Virus record (IMG/VR): IMGVR_UViG_3300049005_000030
Coordinates: 37,154-101,153 of that record
DNA length: 64,000 nt
Source of the DNA: a virus
Strand: one strand, 5' to 3'
Under the pieces are notes generated by a model, which was not told where the DNA came from, searched no databases, and saw only the letters and a list, made by a program, of their open reading frames with translations. Positions within the stretch are counted from its first letter, which is position 1, and each line of letters starts with the position of its first letter. Positions 1 to 9,589 of the stretch are shown one piece after another. Position numbers and translations under genes: made by a program.

Positions 1-660
1 GACGCCAAGCGCGCGGGGCTGTTCGCACCGTGGGTGCGTGTGCCTGACGCGTTCGGTGGCACCAAGACCATCAGCCCTGAAGGCTATGTGGCGGCCAGCC
101 GAGCCCGGGCGCACAACACCGTCGGCCCGTGGCAGTCGGCTGCCGGCGAGATCTCCAAGGCTCGCTACGTGCTCATGCCGGACATCATGTACTCCGCCGC
201 CGACGGCAACGAGCTGGACGGCGCGAAGGTCAACGCCATCCGCACCGTGGCCGGCGCGGTCCGCGTCTACGGCTGGCGGTCGCTGTCGTCCGACACCGAC
301 AACTGGGCGTTCCTCAAGGACGCCGACGTCGTGAACCGGGTGGTCACCGAGTCCTACGCCCGGCTGGAGCCGTACCTGTTCGCGGTGATCGACGCCAAGG
401 GACAGCTCCGGTCGCAGATCGCCGGCACGCTGGAAGGCATCGTGCTGCCGATGGCAACGGCCAGCGGCCTTTTCCCGAGGATCGCCGCCGACGGGACTCA
501 GCTCGACCCTGGGTACAAGGTCAACGTCGGCGACGACATCAATCCGGTGGCCTCGCTGGCACAGAACCAGATCCTTGCCACGCTCGGCATTCGGATCTCG
601 CCCACCGCCGCGATGGTCTTCCTGACGGTCACCAAGGCCGCCGTGACGGCCGCGCTGTGA
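1..660 (+). CDS. Contractile tail sheath protein, C-terminal part (5' truncated by window)
   Basis: VNAIR...VRVYGWRSLS...WAFL sheath C-terminal signature; directly precedes the tube gene. Confidence 0.85.
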   Translation, partial: DAKRAGLFAPWVRVPDAFGGTKTISPEGYVAASRARAHNTVGPWQSAAGEISKARYVLMPDIMYSAADGNELDGAKVNAIRTVAGAVRVYGWRSLSSDTDNWAFLKDADVVNRVVTESYARLEPYLFAVIDAKGQLRSQIAGTLEGIVLPMATASGLFPRIAADGTQLDPGYKVNVGDDINPVASLAQNQILATLGIRISPTAAMVFLTVTKAAVTAAL

Positions 661-673
661 AAGGAGCGAGGAC

Positions 674-1090
674 ATGAAGGCAGCGAAGCGGCAATTTCTG
701 GTCGCGGTGGACGGGATCAACGGCAACCGCCCGTACTTCGCCCAGAAGTCCGGCGGCGAGGTCACATCGTCGGCGACGAAGGTCTGGGACGGCGGATCGC
801 TGACGCCGGACGTGATCGCCGCGCCGGCCGATATCGGCGACCTCACGCTGACCCGGCCGTACGACCCGGAGAACGACCAGGACCTGCTCAACCGCCTGGT
901 GTCGCTGGTCGGCCAGTGGCGCACCACCGTGTCGATCCAGCCCACGGCCGGCGACCTGTCGGCCAGCAAGGTCAAGCCTCGGGTGTATCCGGACGCGCTG
1001 CTGACTGGCGTGCGTGAGCCGGAGACCGACGCCAGCAGCGGCGACGCCGCCGACTACCAGCTGACGTTCTCCGTGGGTGCGATCGGCTAG
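674..1090 (+). CDS. Tail tube protein
   Basis: 138 aa after sheath, RBS AAGGAG; SGGE...VWDGG...DLTLTRPYDP tube-like pattern. Confidence 0.8.
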   Translation: MKAAKRQFLVAVDGINGNRPYFAQKSGGEVTSSATKVWDGGSLTPDVIAAPADIGDLTLTRPYDPENDQDLLNRLVSLVGQWRTTVSIQPTAGDLSASKVKPRVYPDALLTGVREPETDASSGDAADYQLTFSVGAIG

Positions 1091-1234
1091 CAAGGCCCCG
1101 GCCTCGCGGTGAGCACCTGCGAGGTCGGTCCGTCGCGGCGGCGCGGGCCCGGCACGGGGGTTTCCAACCCTCCCGGTTGTCTCCCGTGCCCGGCCCCGCC
1201 GCCGCGACTTCCACACAACCGGGAGGAAGAGATC

Positions 1235-1819
1235 ATGAACGTGTTCGACGGCTCCACCGGCGGTGGCCACGCGCTGCTGACCGGAGAGGACGACTCGCAC
1301 GGCTTCGCCGAGTCCGGCACGTCCAGCCTGGACATGCTGCGCGACGCGCTGGCCCAGCAGCAGGACATCGAAGACATCACGGTCGAGGTGCCCGGCGTGC
1401 CGATCCGGCTCGTGTGCCACCCCGACATCCCGTCCAAGCAGATGAGCAACTGGCAGCGCAAGGCGTTGCCGGCACAGCTGCGCAACAGCCCGTCCGTCTC
1501 GCCACTGGCCATGGACCAGGGTCTGTTCCTGACCACCGTGCTGATCAAAACCACTGTGCGGGTCGAGGTCGAGGACCGCAGCCGGCCCGGCCAGTGGACG
1601 CCCATCACCGACCAGAACGGCGACGTGCTGACCTTCAGCGACGGTGCGCTACTGGCCACACTGGGCGCGCTGGACGCCAGCACCGCCATCAAGCGGCTGT
1701 TCCCCCGCGACGCCGACACCGCACGAGCCGCGCGCACCGTACTGGCCGCCGCCGGCTGGGACGAGGAGAACGAGGCGCGGCTGCTCGGCGGTGAGGACGA
1801 CGAGGACCCTACGATCTGA
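1235..1819 (+). CDS. Tail assembly chaperone
   Basis: Between tube and tape measure; ATG 1235 with RBS GGGAGG; acidic end EDDEDPTI. Confidence 0.7.
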   Translation: MNVFDGSTGGGHALLTGEDDSHGFAESGTSSLDMLRDALAQQQDIEDITVEVPGVPIRLVCHPDIPSKQMSNWQRKALPAQLRNSPSVSPLAMDQGLFLTTVLIKTTVRVEVEDRSRPGQWTPITDQNGDVLTFSDGALLATLGALDASTAIKRLFPRDADTARAARTVLAAAGWDEENEARLLGGEDDEDPTI

Positions 1820-2058
1820 GCGGCGGCAACTCGATTCGGGCCGAACGCACCGATGACGCCCTGGACTTCCTGAGCCACCACCCCACGGTGATCCAGATAG
1901 CCCGCGTCGCGCACACGTTCAGCCAGGATCCGGTCGCGCTGCTCCGCGACGACGGAGACGAGTTCGTGACCCTGCTGCGCATCGCTGCGGCCCAGGTGAT
2001 CGAGCGGGACGAGAAGGCCCAGCGGGCCGAGATGGAAGCGAACAGCCCGCGCCGGTAG
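1795..2058 (+). CDS. Second chaperone segment in the -1 frame (gpT-like extension)
   Basis: -1 frame is open 1795-2058 (GPYDLSGGNS...EANSPRR*), overlaps chaperone 3' end, no obvious own RBS. Confidence 0.55.
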   Translation, partial: GRRGPYDLSGGNSIRAERTDDALDFLSHHPTVIQIARVAHTFSQDPVALLRDDGDEFVTLLRIAAAQVIERDEKAQRAEMEANSPRR

Positions 2059-2100
2059 CGTGATCGCCGCCGCAGGTCCGAGGGGAAGCGGACGGCGCAT

Positions 2101-2135
2101 GCAGCCGCCGAGGCTGGACGGACCTCGGCGGCTGC
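2101..2135 (+). terminator. GC-rich hairpin before tape measure gene
   Basis: GCAGCCGCCGAGG-N9-CCTCGGCGGCTGC perfect 13 bp inverted repeat. Confidence 0.45.
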
Positions 2136-2216
2136 TGTCGTTCCCGGTGAGCCTGCCCGACCCGCCCCTGCCCCCATGCGACGATCACCCCGGCACAGCA
2201 TGAGTGGAGGTGGGGC

Positions 2217-5200
2217 GTGGCCGGAGAGGACGAAATCCGGGTATCCGCCACGCTGACCGGCGACATCAACGCGGCGCTGACCAAGATGGAAGAGCGCATC
2301 AACGCCGTGGAGAACGCGCTCCAGTCCATGGGGCGATCGGGCCAGACCGGCGGCCGCACCGGCGCCGAGGGGCTCGACAAGCTGGGCAAGTCGAGCAGGA
2401 AGACCGGCGACGAGTCCGAGACCGCCAAACGCAAGGTCAAGGGCCTGGGCGACGAGGCCGAGAAGACCGGAGTCAAGGCGGGGGCCGGCTCGAAGGGTCT
2501 GGACGAGTTCGCCAAGAAGGCCAAGAAGATGGGCGACAGCTCGGGTGGGCTGTCCAAGCTGCTGACCTTCTACAAGTTCGCCGGCATCGCCACCGGGATC
2601 TTCGCCGCTGCCGGTGGCCTCTCGGCGCTGGGCGCCGGCTCAGTCATCGCGCTGGCACACCTCGCGCCGCTGCTGCTCAACCTAGCCAACCTCGGCCCGA
2701 TCGGGCTGGCGTTCGCGGCGAGTATGGCCGTGATCAAACTGTCGGCGCAGGAGTTGCAGGGGCCCATCGGTCGCATCAAGCAGCAGTTCACCGACCTGGG
2801 GTCCAGTGTCGCCAACGCCGGCCTGGTGCAGGGGATGAACCAGCTGGCCACCGCGATCGCGCCGGCCGTGAAGGTGATCGGCGTCGGGCTACAGGGGATC
2901 TCGGCTGAGCTGGGCGGCGGCGCGTCCGCGTTGGGCAAGTGGTCGGCGCAGGCCACCACGCTGGCTTATCTGTCGGCCATCTTCGCCGGGCTGCGGCCGA
3001 TCGTGAATTCGGTGCTGGGCGCGCTGCTGTCGTTGTTGACGCCCGCCCTGGCGCTGATCAAGGCCATCATTCCCACGTCGCAGATGATGGCCGCGAATCT
3101 CGCGCTGACCGCTGGCAAGCTGGGCGCATGGGTGCAGGCGGCCAGCGACTCCGGCAAGATCACCCAGTGGTTGACCCAGGCGTGGTATCAGCTGCAAAAC
3201 GGCGGGCACGCGCTCTGGAACATCCTGGTGGGCCTGTTCAACATTTTCCACGTCGCCTACGGCACAGTGCAGGACTTCGGCAAGGGTATCTTCTTCCTGA
3301 CCGTCAAGTTCCGCGAGTGGACCGCCTCGGCGCAGGGGCAGGCGCGGATCACCAAGTACTTCCAGGACGCGCTGCCCGCGCTGCATGAGATGGGTTTGAT
3401 TCTCCAGGAAGTGTTGAGTTATCTGGGTCATCTGGGCGGCAGTATGAATATCGCGCCGCTGCTTCAGCAGATCCGCGTGGAACTGCTGCCGGCCGTGTTC
3501 ACGCTGTTGAACAGCCTCACCCAGAAAGACGGTCTCGGTCCGGTGCTGATCGACCTGGCCAGCGACCTCGCGCTGCTGTTCGCCGGAACCGACTTCGGCG
3601 GATTCATGACGCTGGCCAAGCTGGCAGACGACGCGGCCGGCGCGCTGCTGTGGTTCCAGAACACGGTACCCGGAGCCAACATCCTCATCTCCGCGCTGCT
3701 GTTCTCGATGCTGGGGTTCAAGCTGCTGGCCCCGGTGTGGACGATCGTGGGCAAGGGCGCTGAGGCGTTCAACTGGATCAAGGTGGCGACCAGCGACACC
3801 AAGGACCTGACGCTGGCCCAGAAGCTGTTCTCGGGGGGGCTCAATCTCCTGCCCAAGATCGGCGCGGCCGCCGCCTCGGCCTTCTCCGCCATGGGCTCCG
3901 CCCTGATCGAGATGGGCGCGGCCGCCCTGGCCAACCCCATCGTGCTGATCGTCGTGGCGATCATCGCCGTGATCGCCGGCCTGGTGCTGCTCTACATGAA
4001 GTGTGAGTGGTTCCGCAACGCGGTGAATGCTATTTTCAAGGCCATCGCCGATTTCGCCGTTATGATCTGGGGCTTTATCGTCGCCGCTTTCTGGGCGTCC
4101 ATAAACTTTATCGTCGGAATAGCGCAAGGTGTTGCTTCATTCTTTGTCGGCATCTGGTCCGTTATTTCCGGCGCGGCGGTTGCTGCCTGGAACTTTGTGG
4201 CCGATATCGTGAAATCGGTGGTTGACTTCATCGTTGGCGTTGTTATGGCGATTTGGACCTACGGCGTTCAGCCGGTAGTCAATTTCATCGTGGCTGCCTT
4301 TCAGGTCGAATTCGCCATCATCGCGTTCATCGTCCAGACCGCCGTGTACATCATCGTCGCCATTATCGTCGGGCTGGCCTTGCTGTTCAAGGCGATCTGG
4401 GACGGAATCGTTTTCGTCGCCCAATGGGCCTGGCAGCAAATTGTCGACGGTGCGCTATGGCTGTGGAACAACGGCATTAAGCCTGTCATCGACGGGATCG
4501 TTAATGAATGGAACGGTCTTGTTCAAATTGTCACCGACGCCTGGAATTGGCTGACGAAAACCCTGGGTGACGCCTGGAATGCTTTCTATTCCACGTACAT
4601 TCAGCCGGTAATCGACACTATCTCATATTACTGGAACGTCTCCGTTCTTACCTGGCAGATTATGTTCCAGGGATTCGTTGACGGCATTTCCGCTGCCTGG
4701 AACTGGATCTACTCGAATGTGATTCAGCCGGTGATCGACGGAATTAGCACTGCCTGGAACGGCTTGACTTCCGGACTGTCCACGGCGTGGCAAGCGGTAG
4801 TCGATTTCATCAGCCCGATTTGGCAGGGCTTCTCCGACTTCGTCGGCGACGTCATTAAGGGAATCGGCGGGGAATGGGATCAGTTCACCAAGTTCTTGAG
4901 TGACGCGTTTACTCCGGTCGGCCACGTCATCGGCGATATCTGGGACGGGATCAAAAAGGGCGCGGACGCCGTCGTCGACGGCATCAAGGGTGCCTGGAAT
5001 GGTCTCATGTCCATTGTCAAGGGCGTGTGGAATTTCATCGCGAATGGCTGGAATTCGATTCCTTCCATCGTGGTTCCCGACTGGATTCCGGTGATCGGCG
5101 GCGAGACCTTCAGCCTGCCCAAGCTGCCCACCCTGTGGCACGGCGGCCGCGCCGACGGCACCGCCATCGTCGGCGAGATGGGCCCGGAGCCGCTCGTGGT

Positions 5201-5582
5201 CAACGGCAGCGTGCGCATGGTCGGTGCCAACGGCCCCGAAGTCGCCCAGATCCCGCGCGGCGGCTACGTCGTGCCCAACCTGAACACGCTGAACGCCCTG
5301 CCTGGCCTGACCAAGGCCATTCCCGCCAGTGTGGCCTCCGCCGTCGCCCGCTCCATCCCCAGCTACGCCGGAGCCCTGGGCGGGTCGTCCGCGCGCGGCG
5401 GCGACCCGATGCTGGCCCGCTCGGTCGGCCAGCTCGCCCGCGCCGTGGCCACCCAGACGCCCTCGGTCACCGTGCACGGCGACGGTGACGACGTCGGCCG
5501 CAGGGTGCTCTCGGCCATCAAGACCCTGCGCCGCGAGGATGAGGCGCGCGGCCGGTACAACTACACCGCAGGGAATGGGTGA
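2217..5582 (+). CDS. Tape measure protein
   Basis: 1121 aa, Ala/Gly-rich helical, periodic Trp/Phe repeats, C-terminal GG..G..IVGEMGPE motif. Confidence 0.92.
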   Translation: MAGEDEIRVSATLTGDINAALTKMEERINAVENALQSMGRSGQTGGRTGAEGLDKLGKSSRKTGDESETAKRKVKGLGDEAEKTGVKAGAGSKGLDEFAKKAKKMGDSSGGLSKLLTFYKFAGIATGIFAAAGGLSALGAGSVIALAHLAPLLLNLANLGPIGLAFAASMAVIKLSAQELQGPIGRIKQQFTDLGSSVANAGLVQGMNQLATAIAPAVKVIGVGLQGISAELGGGASALGKWSAQATTLAYLSAIFAGLRPIVNSVLGALLSLLTPALALIKAIIPTSQMMAANLALTAGKLGAWVQAASDSGKITQWLTQAWYQLQNGGHALWNILVGLFNIFHVAYGTVQDFGKGIFFLTVKFREWTASAQGQARITKYFQDALPALHEMGLILQEVLSYLGHLGGSMNIAPLLQQIRVELLPAVFTLLNSLTQKDGLGPVLIDLASDLALLFAGTDFGGFMTLAKLADDAAGALLWFQNTVPGANILISALLFSMLGFKLLAPVWTIVGKGAEAFNWIKVATSDTKDLTLAQKLFSGGLNLLPKIGAAAASAFSAMGSALIEMGAAALANPIVLIVVAIIAVIAGLVLLYMKCEWFRNAVNAIFKAIADFAVMIWGFIVAAFWASINFIVGIAQGVASFFVGIWSVISGAAVAAWNFVADIVKSVVDFIVGVVMAIWTYGVQPVVNFIVAAFQVEFAIIAFIVQTAVYIIVAIIVGLALLFKAIWDGIVFVAQWAWQQIVDGALWLWNNGIKPVIDGIVNEWNGLVQIVTDAWNWLTKTLGDAWNAFYSTYIQPVIDTISYYWNVSVLTWQIMFQGFVDGISAAWNWIYSNVIQPVIDGISTAWNGLTSGLSTAWQAVVDFISPIWQGFSDFVGDVIKGIGGEWDQFTKFLSDAFTPVGHVIGDIWDGIKKGADAVVDGIKGAWNGLMSIVKGVWNFIANGWNSIPSIVVPDWIPVIGGETFSLPKLPTLWHGGRADGTAIVGEMGPEPLVVNGSVRMVGANGPEVAQIPRGGYVVPNLNTLNALPGLTKAIPASVASAVARSIPSYAGALGGSSARGGDPMLARSVGQLARAVATQTPSVTVHGDGDDVGRRVLSAIKTLRREDEARGRYNYTAGNG

Positions 5583-6277
5583 GCACGGTGGCCGTCGTGG
5601 TGATTCGAGACCCCATCAGTGGAAAGACGTTCAACGGCATTGACGGCTTCCGGATGTTCCTTTTCAGCGAGAACGGATCGTTTTCGCTATCATTTCCGCT
5701 AGCCCCACGCGCCATCAGCTACACCAATTTCGGTAACGACTGGGTGGAGACGGACCGGTCCGGGAACACGCCGTTGCTGCTGCGCAAGGGCGCGAAGCTG
5801 AAGCAAATCCAGTTCTCCGCCCTGATCACCGACAAGACCCTGATGTTTTCCTCGCAAGCCGGTCAGATGAACGCGATCGAGGCGCTGGCGGTCACGACCG
5901 AGCGCGTGCTGGTCAAGTACAGCCAGCAGGAAGCCGGCCTGTGGCGGGTCGTCGACTGCTCGTTCGACTCCGAGCTGCGCCACCCAGACACCAACGAGGT
6001 GGTGCGCGGCACGCTGTCGGTGACGCTGAAGCGCGCCAACGATGCCGCGCCGGCCGTCGGCCCGGTCACCGGCGGGCCCGCGCCGGCCCCGACCGGGCCG
6101 GCGCCGGCACCACCGCCGCGCACCTACACCGTGGTGTCCGGCGACTGCCTGTGGAGCATCGCGCAGCGTTTCTACGGCAACGGCGCGGCCTGGCCGAAGA
6201 TCTACGACGCCAACCGCGCCAAGATCACCAAGTCTCCAAACCTGATCTTCCCCGGCCAGGTCTTCGTCATCCCGTGA
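5579..6277 (+). CDS. LysM-domain tail tube initiator/baseplate protein
   Basis: C-terminal YTVVSGDCLWSIAQRFYG...IYDAN...PNLIFPGQVFVIP is LysM; follows tape measure. Confidence 0.88.
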   Translation: MSTVAVVVIRDPISGKTFNGIDGFRMFLFSENGSFSLSFPLAPRAISYTNFGNDWVETDRSGNTPLLLRKGAKLKQIQFSALITDKTLMFSSQAGQMNAIEALAVTTERVLVKYSQQEAGLWRVVDCSFDSELRHPDTNEVVRGTLSVTLKRANDAAPAVGPVTGGPAPAPTGPAPAPPPRTYTVVSGDCLWSIAQRFYGNGAAWPKIYDANRAKITKSPNLIFPGQVFVIP

Positions 6278-6290
6278 GGGGAGGTCACCG

Positions 6291-8138
6291 ATGACAACGT
6301 TGTCCGCCGCCCAGGTGGCCGCCCTGGTCAAGCAAGCCGGTTTCCCCACGAACGACCAGGCCACCATGGTCGCCATCTGCCGCGCCGAGTCGGGCTACCG
6401 CGTCGACGCCATCGGCGGTCCGAACTCCAACGGCACCTACGACTACGGCCTGTTCCAGATCAACTCGGTGCACGGCTACGACACCCGCAAGCTGACCAGC
6501 GACGCCGCGTACAACACCCAGGCCGCCAAGAAGATCTACGACGGTCAGGGGCTGCGCGCCTGGGCGGTCTACAACTCGGGTAAGTATCAGCAGTACATGA
6601 ACGAGGCGCGCCAAGGCGTCGCACAGGCGGCCAACGTCAACGGCAACCCGAGCCTGCCCGGTTCGAGCGGCGGCGGCACCAACACCACCAGCCAGCCCTC
6701 GGTCACCTACGGTCCCAACGGACCCGAGATCACCAGCGCCGGCATCGGCTCCCCCTTGCAGGCGGCCGGTGAGACCAACTCGCCGCTGCACGGGCTGCGG
6801 ATCTTCGGCACCGAGATCGGCGGCGACTTCGCCGACGTCATCATCGGCAACCCCACCTACCAGGCTGGCATCGAGACCGTGCCCAACCTGGTGTTCACCA
6901 TCGCCGACCCCGGCGGCGACCTGCTGTGGCGCCTGCGCAACATCTGGGTGCAGGGCGCGCTGGTCCAGTACCTGGACATCGTGCTGCGTATCGACACCAT
7001 CAAGTTCGAGCCCGGCACGCACACCACCGGCCAGCTGACCTTGTCCTGCGTCGACGACATCGTCTACCGGCTGATGCAGCTGACCGGCTCGCGCACGGCC
7101 GAGGGGATCTCCGCCACCCAGTGGATCTACCAGGAGCTTCAGCTGGCCGGGCTGAACCCCGATATCAGCTTCCTGGGCGAGTCCGTGCCCACCCAATCAG
7201 TGATCAGCCGCGACTCAAACGACCAGTCCGGACAGGCCGGTCAGGGCCAAAAACCTTCGTCCTGGACCACCATCACCCGACTGGGCAAGGAACTGGGCAA
7301 GCGCGTGTTCGTCACCGGCGGCCGACTCGTGTTCGGGTCCAGCCAGTTCGCCATGCGCTGGACCGCACCCGGGCCGCTGCGGCTGGCCTGGCAGGCACTG
7401 GAGCCGCCAGAGAAGTGGTTGACCCTGCCGACGGCCAGCGGCGCCTCGATCGGCGACCGCGCCAACGTGCTCCAGGTCGACGGCAAGGTGCCGCTCAACC
7501 GGGCCGCGTTCTTCCGCCCCGGCGTGCCGGTCGCCGTGTTCGACACCCCCGCCGTAGTCGGCGACGAGGGAAAGCTGCTCATGGTCGAAAAGGTCAGCTA
7601 CGACCTCGGCACCGACACCGACGGCGCGGACATCACCCTGCTTGAACCAGTCGACCCGCCGGCACAGCCGCCCACCCAGAACTCGGCCGGCACCAACGGC
7701 GGCAGCACCTCATCGGGCACGTCGACCTCTGGCGGCGGGGTCGACGGCCAGGTGGCGCGCATTGTGGCGCTGGCGTTGCAGCAGGCCGGCAAGCGCTACG
7801 TCTACGGCGCCCAGGCCCCAGCCTCGGATCCGAACCCCAGCGCGTTCGACTGCTCGATGCTCGTGCAGTGGTGTTGCGAGCGCAACGGCATCAATGACTG
7901 CCCGCGCACGAGCGAGGCGCAACAGGACTGGTGCTCGCGCAACGGCACGCTGATCAGTCCGAACGACGCCATCCACGTCAAGGGCGCGCTGCTGTTCCAG
8001 CCTGGGCACGTCGCCATCAGCTTGGGCAACGGGTCCACGATCGAGGCGATGAACGAGTCGCAGGGCGTCCGGCAGGGCAACGCCGCCGGCCGGGGCTGGA
8101 CGGCGGCCGGCCGCATCCCTCACGCACAGGGGTACTGA
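6291..8138 (+). CDS. Baseplate hub fused to N-terminal lytic transglycosylase and C-terminal NlpC/P60 peptidase
   Basis: AESG...DYGLFQIN lysozyme-like motif; YVYGA...FDCS...GHVAISLG NlpC/P60 motif. Confidence 0.85.
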   Translation: MTTLSAAQVAALVKQAGFPTNDQATMVAICRAESGYRVDAIGGPNSNGTYDYGLFQINSVHGYDTRKLTSDAAYNTQAAKKIYDGQGLRAWAVYNSGKYQQYMNEARQGVAQAANVNGNPSLPGSSGGGTNTTSQPSVTYGPNGPEITSAGIGSPLQAAGETNSPLHGLRIFGTEIGGDFADVIIGNPTYQAGIETVPNLVFTIADPGGDLLWRLRNIWVQGALVQYLDIVLRIDTIKFEPGTHTTGQLTLSCVDDIVYRLMQLTGSRTAEGISATQWIYQELQLAGLNPDISFLGESVPTQSVISRDSNDQSGQAGQGQKPSSWTTITRLGKELGKRVFVTGGRLVFGSSQFAMRWTAPGPLRLAWQALEPPEKWLTLPTASGASIGDRANVLQVDGKVPLNRAAFFRPGVPVAVFDTPAVVGDEGKLLMVEKVSYDLGTDTDGADITLLEPVDPPAQPPTQNSAGTNGGSTSSGTSTSGGGVDGQVARIVALALQQAGKRYVYGAQAPASDPNPSAFDCSMLVQWCCERNGINDCPRTSEAQQDWCSRNGTLISPNDAIHVKGALLFQPGHVAISLGNGSTIEAMNESQGVRQGNAAGRGWTAAGRIPHAQGY

Positions 8139-8139
8139 C

Positions 8140-9213
8140 ATGCCCAGCTACGGCTACGCCTACACCGGCCGCGTGCTCAACTACGACTCCGCCCGCCAGG
8201 GCTACTACCTGGAGTCGGTGGCGTTGGCGCCGGACTCGCGCTGGGGCCCGGTTCCCAGTTGCGTGCCGGGGCTGATCAAGGGCGATCGGGTGGTGATGGT
8301 GTCGACCGGCACCAGCCGCGACGATCTGATCATCGTGGCGAAGGTCGGCGCGGACTTCCCCGACATCGGCTCGATTCCGGGGTTGCAGGCCGCGCTGGAC
8401 GCCAAACTGGACGACTTCCAGCTGGACCAGGCCAGTGGTGTCGCCGCACTGGACGCCGGCCGCAAGGTGGCCTACGCGCGGCTGCCGATCGGCACTGTGG
8501 TCAGCACCGTCGCGGCCGGCGACGACGCCCGTATGACCAACGCGCGCACCCCGACCGCGCACGCCTCCACCCACGCCACTGGCGGCACCGACCCGATCAC
8601 CCCGGCGTCCATCGGCGCGGGCGACGCTGCCACCACCGCCACCAATAACGCCAACATCGCCGCCATCGCCGGCCGCGAGGAGTTCGACGGCCAGAAGTAC
8701 TTCCGCCTGTTCGGCGACGCGGTCACCAGCATGCCGCGCTTCCAGGGCACCACCGCCTCGGCCCTGATGTCCACTGGCAACGCCTACGCCTTCACGCTGG
8801 CCAGCTCGAAGCCCATCACCATGCTGAACGCTCACCTGTCGGTGCTGTCCGGCGGCGGCACCACGACAGCGGTGGCCTCGGTCTACCAGGGCGCGACCGC
8901 CGGCAGTCCCCTGTCGCTGGTGTCCACCGGACCTACGCAGACCCCGCTCAACGGCAACTGGCCGTTCCAGTGCGCGCCAACCGCCTCCCCGTTCGTGGTC
9001 AACGCCGGCTACGTCTTGGTGGTGATCCAAATCGTGTCGGGCTCGATCATCGTCGGTGGCTCGGCCTCGCTGGACAGCACGATGCTGCTCGGCGCCGGCT
9101 CCATGCGGGTGGCTGCGGTCAAGGCGCTGACCGGCACGCCGCCGAGCACCATCAACACCGCCGATGGCACCTGGTCGTACTTCAGCTCGATGCCCTGGGT
9201 GGCGCTGGACTGA
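8140..9213 (+). CDS. Baseplate spike-like protein with fibre-like extension
   Basis: N-terminal P..GDRV.V gpV-like segment; AAGDDAR..NARTPTAHASTHATGG.DPITP motif typical of tail proteins. Confidence 0.6.
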   Translation: MPSYGYAYTGRVLNYDSARQGYYLESVALAPDSRWGPVPSCVPGLIKGDRVVMVSTGTSRDDLIIVAKVGADFPDIGSIPGLQAALDAKLDDFQLDQASGVAALDAGRKVAYARLPIGTVVSTVAAGDDARMTNARTPTAHASTHATGGTDPITPASIGAGDAATTATNNANIAAIAGREEFDGQKYFRLFGDAVTSMPRFQGTTASALMSTGNAYAFTLASSKPITMLNAHLSVLSGGGTTTAVASVYQGATAGSPLSLVSTGPTQTPLNGNWPFQCAPTASPFVVNAGYVLVVIQIVSGSIIVGGSASLDSTMLLGAGSMRVAAVKALTGTPPSTINTADGTWSYFSSMPWVALD

Positions 9214-9265
9214 CCCTCTCGCGTGCCTGCCCGGATCGGCGCGGCCGACATGGGACGATGCGCGC

Positions 9266-9589
9266 GTGCGAGTGATCTCTTTTCCCTTCCGACTCGACGG
9301 CACCGGCGCGGTGGCCACGGTCGAGCAGGACAGCGACGCCGAGGTGGAAGAGCAGATCGCACTGGCCGCCCTGACCCGCACCGGGGAGCGAATCCAGGTC
9401 CCCACCTTCGGTATCGCCGACCCCGCGTTCAGCGGATTTCAGGCCGGCGCGCTTCAGCGGCACCTGCTCGACTTCGGGCCGAACGTCGCCATCCAGTCGG
9501 TCACGGTCACCCCCACCGTCGACGGGCGAGAGGAAGTCGTCATCGACTGGGCCCGCATCGACCAAACCAGGAAGGTGCCTCCGTCGTGA
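9266..9589 (+). CDS. Baseplate wedge gp25/gpW-like
   Basis: ISFPFRL...LTRTGERIQVPTFGI.DP signature; GTG at 9266. Confidence 0.8.
   Translation: MRVISFPFRLDGTGAVATVEQDSDAEVEEQIALAALTRTGERIQVPTFGIADPAFSGFQAGALQRHLLDFGPNVAIQSVTVTPTVDGREEVVIDWARIDQTRKVPPS

Noticed and set aside
4020-5080. Low-GC segment of tape measure gene as a mobile insertion
   Set aside because: Frame is continuous and encodes normal Trp/Ile/Phe-rich repeats; no element ends
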